From contig CM074817.1 in the NCBI GenBank assembly GCA_037447605.1, positions 620,001 through 684,000 on the forward strand: a DNA stretch of 64,000 nt, written 5' to 3'. The translations under genes were made by a program, and so were the position numbers. Below, piece after piece: positions 59,301 through 64,000 of the stretch (its first letter is position 1; each line of letters opens with the position of its first letter). Under the pieces are notes generated by a model. That model saw only the letters and a program-made list of their open reading frames with translations, did no database searches and was not told the origin of the DNA. The DNA comes from Zygnema circumcarinatum SAG 698-1b. Lineage: Eukaryota > Plantae > Zygnematophyceae.

Positions 59301-61098
59301 ACGTCTAATTTTGAAACATACATAGATTCTTGTGAGGGAAGCTTGAACTTCGTGGTTTAGATTATGTCCAAGTGAAGGCATTTAGCTGTCTCCACTATTT
59401 TTGGTTTTTTAATTATTCCTATGTCATAACGAGGGCTTCTAAAGCACATGCTATAGCTGCTGTGTATGGGTCTTGCTTGAAAAAAATCTAACTGGTCTTG
59501 TTTTAATGACTTCTGTTGGTACAGGATTCGGCAATTTCTTCCTTTCTATTGCGTATGTTTTGCTTGGCTGCCCGCTTGCCTACTTTTTGTGGTACAAACG
59601 CCTATACACGGCCATGAAGTAAGATCTGCCATCTGCTTCACCTTTCTATGGCTTTCAACATCTGCATGCTTTTTCCATGTGTCAATCGAGCTCAACATTT
59701 TTATTCGTGGTATTTTTTCCCTTTTTGAGCTGTCACTTTTTTCGATTATTTCACCTTAACGGTACTGCTATTTTTAATTCGATTCTTTTTTCTTCAGCGT
59801 CTGTCATATTTGGATGAATGGGTAGGGAATGCTGATGTGGGTGTGCAGGAAAGATGGGGCCTTCTCCTTCGCCGTGTTCTTTCTCTTTTATCTGGTAAGT
59901 ACGCAGCGGGGCTTGTAGGGAGATGTCTGACTAACATTTAGGACGATGTATCCAACGTCGCTGAAAATTCTTCTACTAATAGTTCCAGGAAATAACGTCT
60001 GGCTATTTTTTCCATATTAGCAACCCTACAAATTTTATTAATCGTGGAAGTTCACTTCAAGCAGTATAATAACCATGTTGATATGTCTGCTTGCGGAGGG
60101 CCGCCACATGTGCAGCTCCATATTGTTTTCTGCGTGTATGCCTCTGTGGCCCCGCCACTCCTCTTTAAAGGGAGGTCGTTCACGTAAGTTCTGACGTCCT
60201 CCTCGTCTCAGACACTCACAGCATTGAGAGTGGAAAGATAGAGGCGAAGGGAATTGGGTGAGAGGGGGCGCGAAGGACATGGAGGGTGAGTGATGGAGGC
60301 AGGAGAAGGTCATGTGGGCAATGAGAGGAGTGTTGCCAAGAGAAAGGTGTAGGAGGGAGAGGAGGTGAACGAGAACGAAGATGGGAGGAGAGAGGAGCTC
60401 AGTGCTTCTCTATGCACTTTTTCCTTCGTCAAAAACTTCTTTTTTCTTTTCTGCAACAATCGCTGTTGCTCGGGTTGTGCATGAGGGCAAAGAGGCGGCC
60501 AGCTGTTTCTCACGGATGGCTTGGATTTATGTGCAGGGGAGTGATAACAACCATTGAAATATTTTCTGATAGTCATCTCGCCATTGGGGTAAGCATTTGA
60601 GAGAGTGGATTTTTTTCACTTTGTACGCGAAGCTCTGACGTTTCTGTGGGCTAAGTTGATAACGCATTGCTGCACTGTGGTGCTTTTTCTTGCAGATCAT
60701 TTATGCAATTGGCGCTGGACTGTTCATCATGGAATCTCTCCTCAGCATTTTTGTTATTCAGGTGGGTGGGCTGCCACCCTCCTGAACGGGCCTGTCTTTG
60801 CCTTCAGAAAAGACTGTTGAATTTTCGGGCTTTAGAGAGAGAGAATGGGTGTGAGAGAGAGAGAGGGAGGGGGGGCGCGGGAGGAAGGAGAGGGAAGTGG
60901 GAGGAAAGACCGGGCAGTGGAAGGGTTGAGGGAATTGTAGGGCTGCTTTAGCGTTACGCCGCTGGTCACTGAATTGGAATGTGTCGGATATTGGTTGGGT
61001 CGCATGGGGACTTGCAGCAAGTTTACTCGTACTTCCGCGGTGCCGGAAAGGGGAACCAAATGAGAGGGGAGGTCGCCATGGCAGCTGTGCGCTATTAG
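56337..61098 (+). CDS. SCAMP: Secretory carrier-associated membrane protein (SCAMP), 13 exons, 307 aa
   Basis: Exons 56337-56387, 56806-56898, 57202-57291, 57692-57754, 57919-57940, 58142-58261, 58724-58801, 59525-59618, 59849-59894, 60116-60183, 60537-60588, 60696-60761, 61018-61098 sum to 924 nt. NPF motifs ([17 protein letters not shown]), [61 protein letters not shown]. Confidence 0.95.
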
Positions 61099-62511
61099 GC
61101 TGCCGCTGTTACAGGGAAGAGGAGAGAGAATAATGGCCTGATGCGTTGGAGAGTGAGCTTTATCTGCTGACATTCATCCTATACTCGATGTGCAACCGTT
61201 CTAAAGTCCGTCACATATAGCCACCCCGTTTGTAAGATGTGGTCGAATTTTCCAGTGTCAGTCTCTATTTTACATTTGTGATCACCGGTAGCGCAGTTAT
61301 TAGGAGGGGCGGATAGTCTTATGGCGGGGAACCGTTTTATCGTGTGATTCCCTGGCGTTGAAGGACGAGAGCCTGGAGAGATGAGCCATATAGCGGGCTA
61401 TAGACTCTCGACTCCATGGCAGTGGCAGCAAGGCGAGCCTGCATAGATGCGGCATAATGGGAGTTGCGGTTGTGATAACTGACCTCTTTTTTGTGCTTGT
61501 GCGTGCCTCCAGTCGGGAACCTCTCTAGTACAAAATTTCGTTTCTACGGTTATGCTGGATTCCAAATGGAAGCAAATTGAAATCAAGAGTAGTCACGTCG
61601 TGTGCGGTTCGCGATTGAATCGCTCTTTGAGTACTATGCTCTGGCGTGGCCTAAACCATGATAGTTTAACATACATGCCTGTTCTTGTCAGTAAAGGGGG
61701 GGGGGGGGGGGGGGGGGGNNNNNNNNNNGGGGGGTGGTTAAACTTGAAAACATCGACATTGGAATTAAGTCGAAGAACTTTGTATTTCGCTGTTACTGCC
61801 CATGCCGTGGAAATACGAGTACCAACTTCGAACTTCAAAATTGTTTAGTTTTTATCAGTCTAAAATCTCCCTGTAGGTGCAAGCCTGTGGCCTGTAAGTA
61901 TAGATTCCAGAACGTCTACCGAACTTGAGTTGAAACCAACTAAGGATGGTCGATGCATCACGGAAGCCACGCGTATTGCAACGATGACGTCGTGTTTTCT
62001 CAACCAATCCGATGCTGCAAACCTTTTTCGAAAAGGTAAGGATGGTTTCAAAACAAACGATCTGCACGGCGGTCATGGCGGGTCATGGAGGGTCATGAAA
62101 GCACTGGCGATGGCTTCATATCTTCGTGGGAGCACCGGGGGGGGGGGGTCACGACCCCACTCGAAAGATGCCGTCGCAAAACTCGAAACCTGAGTTTGCA
62201 GTTTGCAGTTTGCGCTTTCTGGTCCGCCCTGTTAAGTAGCGTGACGTCACGTCCGGCTCGGATGCGACTGCAGGTGCTCGGAATCTTCGAAAAGGTCCAC
62301 GCCACGTGGCACCTCCTGCTGACAGACTTGAGAGTGACACGTGACAGATCGTGCGCCGTCGGACAAGGTCCAGATCCTGTTCCCGTGGCCGCTAAACTGC
62401 CGAACGAAAACTGTCGCGTCTGACGGCGAACTGGAGAATGCCGCATGGAACGGAAGTCAGCGCCCCTCCGCCTCATGGAGGGAGCCGGCAGCTGTCCCTG
62501 AGCATCTCTGT

Positions 62512-62957
62512 TAGGGTTGGGGGCACGGGGCACGGGCATGCCCGGGGGGGGGGCATGCCCGGGGGGGGGGCATGCCCCCCATTTTTGACCGTCCGTGCCC
62601 GGGGCACGCCTCCAAAAATTTTCCCCATATATTTCGTGCCCCCCCGTGCCCCCTGTCACGTGACGCTTACCTCGTACGACCAGGCCCGGGCCGGTGACGA
62701 TTGGTGTTGAGTACTGTCCGTACTTTTCATATTTTCCCGTACATGTGTACCTTTATCCGTACGTTTAGTACATTAATCTGTACTTTCTGTACCTTCATCC
62801 GTACCGTTTTTAAAATAGTATATTCTTTTTTGGACCGATTTGAATTGCTCAATGCAGTCACGTCACGGGGCACGAAAAAGGGGCATGCCCCCCCCCAAGG
62901 GGGGGGGGGCACGTGCCCCTGGGCACGGGTCGGAGGGGGACCGTGCCCCCAACCCTA
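62512..62957. mobile_element. hAT-type non-autonomous element (MITE), 446 bp
   Basis: Perfect 17-bp TIRs TAGGGTTGGGGGCACGG. Exact 8-bp TSD ATCTCTGT at 62504-62511 and 62958-62965. Subterminal GGGCAC(G) repeats at both ends. Confidence 0.92.
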
Positions 62958-63314
62958 ATCTCTGTGCTCGTACAATTCAGCTGCTTTTAGGTTAATTTTT
63001 TTTTGTTTTTGTTGTTTGAATTGTTCCCAATTTTCAGCATCATATCAGGAGCACTGCTACACCCTTCCATCAGATAAAACATTATATTTCTTACAGCATA
63101 GGAGTTGTCAGAAGAGAGAGAGTGAGGAGGAGGAGGAAGACAGAGGAAGGAGGGCGAGGAGGGAGGTGGAGAGGGAGAGAGTGAGGGAGGGAGGTGGGTA
63201 AAACGGTTACAGGGACAGAGAGAGACAGGGAGAGGGCTAGACCTAAAGATCGAGAGAGAAAGGGGTGTAAGGAGGGAGGGAGAGTGAAGAGAGAGCAAGG
63301 CCGCGAGGGAAGCC

Positions 63315-63772
63315 ATGGGCTCTCTCTTGGGAGACCTTCCCTCCTACAACCCTCACAACTTCAGTCAGCTTCGACCTTCCGACCGCCATCCCTCCTCGGT
63401 ACCGCCACCTCCTCTTCCCAACCCCCGGCATTAGGGTCTCATGGGCCGTTAGAGTGCGTGATACACACAATTGGGTTTATGCATATGTTTGACGTGGGCC
63501 ACCCGCGCCCTCGCCTATATGCAGATATAGTTTGTAGAGTCCCCTTTTCTGACAGTTTTCACTCCCTGCACATGCTCATCTGCAAGGGTGGGCCTTCTTT
63601 CTGACGACTGAGTTTTGAAGCTTGATCTCCTGAAATTTTCGGCTTTAACGAAAGTTCTCTGATCGTTCTCTGATTCTCTCCCCTCCCTCAATCCCTCCCT
63701 CCCATGTGCAGCAAAGTCGCCTAGTGACGTATTACCCCACCGACAACTGCACTCTGCCGCCGCCAGACCAAG
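63315..63772 (+). CDS. DDA1: DET1- and DDB1-associated protein 1 (DDA1), first two exons; remainder beyond the gap or window end
   Basis: Exon 63315-63398 [28 protein letters not shown] and exon 63712-63772 [20 protein letters not shown] match the plant DDA1 N-terminus (LGDLPS.DPHNFSQ..PSD...TY.PT..RTLPPPDQV). GT-AG sites in frame. Confidence 0.88.
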
Positions 63773-63868
63773 GTGGGTCCGTTTTCGTAACGCTTTCTGT
63801 GTCAGAAAAAAACAGCAGAAGGAGTTGTGACGAGTGAAGTTACCTTAGTCGACCTCATNNNNNNNNNN

Positions 63869-64000
63869 GGGGGGGGGGCATGCCCCCCATTTTTGACCGT
63901 CCGTGCCCGGGGCACGCCTCCAAAAATTTTCCCCATATATTTCGTGCCCCCCCGTGCCCCCTGTCACGTGACGCTTACCTCGTACGACCAGGCCCGGGCC
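63869..64000 (+). mobile_element. Second, partial copy of the 62512-62957 hAT MITE interior, starting right after an N gap
   Basis: Reads identical to about 62561-62691 (ggcatgccccccatttttgaccgtccgtgcccggggcacgcc...ccaggcccgggcc). Confidence 0.8.

Overview
Eukaryotic, intron-rich green-plant genomic DNA. It is a streptophyte; a zygnematophycean-type alga is my inference from GC3-rich exons, many extra introns and CT/GGA-rich introns, and is not proven. There are four 10-N scaffold gaps. Hand-spliced gene order: 3' end of an unknown membrane protein (+); TGA bZIP factor (+, with a GC-AG intron); secreted tandem CHRD-like/Pro-rich/GPI-type protein (-); HGSNAT-like acetyltransferase (+, with an orphan SAM-methyltransferase fragment in intron 2); GT37 xyloglucan-type fucosyltransferase (-); three tandem paralogous modular secreted proteins (-); Lunapark (+); SCAMP (+); 5' part of DDA1 (+). 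The standout is the three-gene array at 25.9-50.8 kb. Each gene is built from signal peptide + betagamma-crystallin/MiAMP1-like domain + 10-Cys EGF-like domain + Tyr-free Ser-Pro stalk + PR-1-type CAP domain, and each CAP ends in a CAPE-like peptide. All modules are bounded by phase-1 introns and are still being reshuffled: 2+2+1 in genes A and B, 1+1+3 in gene C via a recent 1139-bp duplication. Three non-autonomous DNA transposons were defined by TIR plus 8-bp TSD, and one carries ERSE/TGACG motifs upstream of a CAP gene. A 4.4-kb compound microsatellite fills one intron. No rRNA, tRNA, CRISPR array or transposase/RT was seen. All domain calls are by eye from motif recall; no database search was run.
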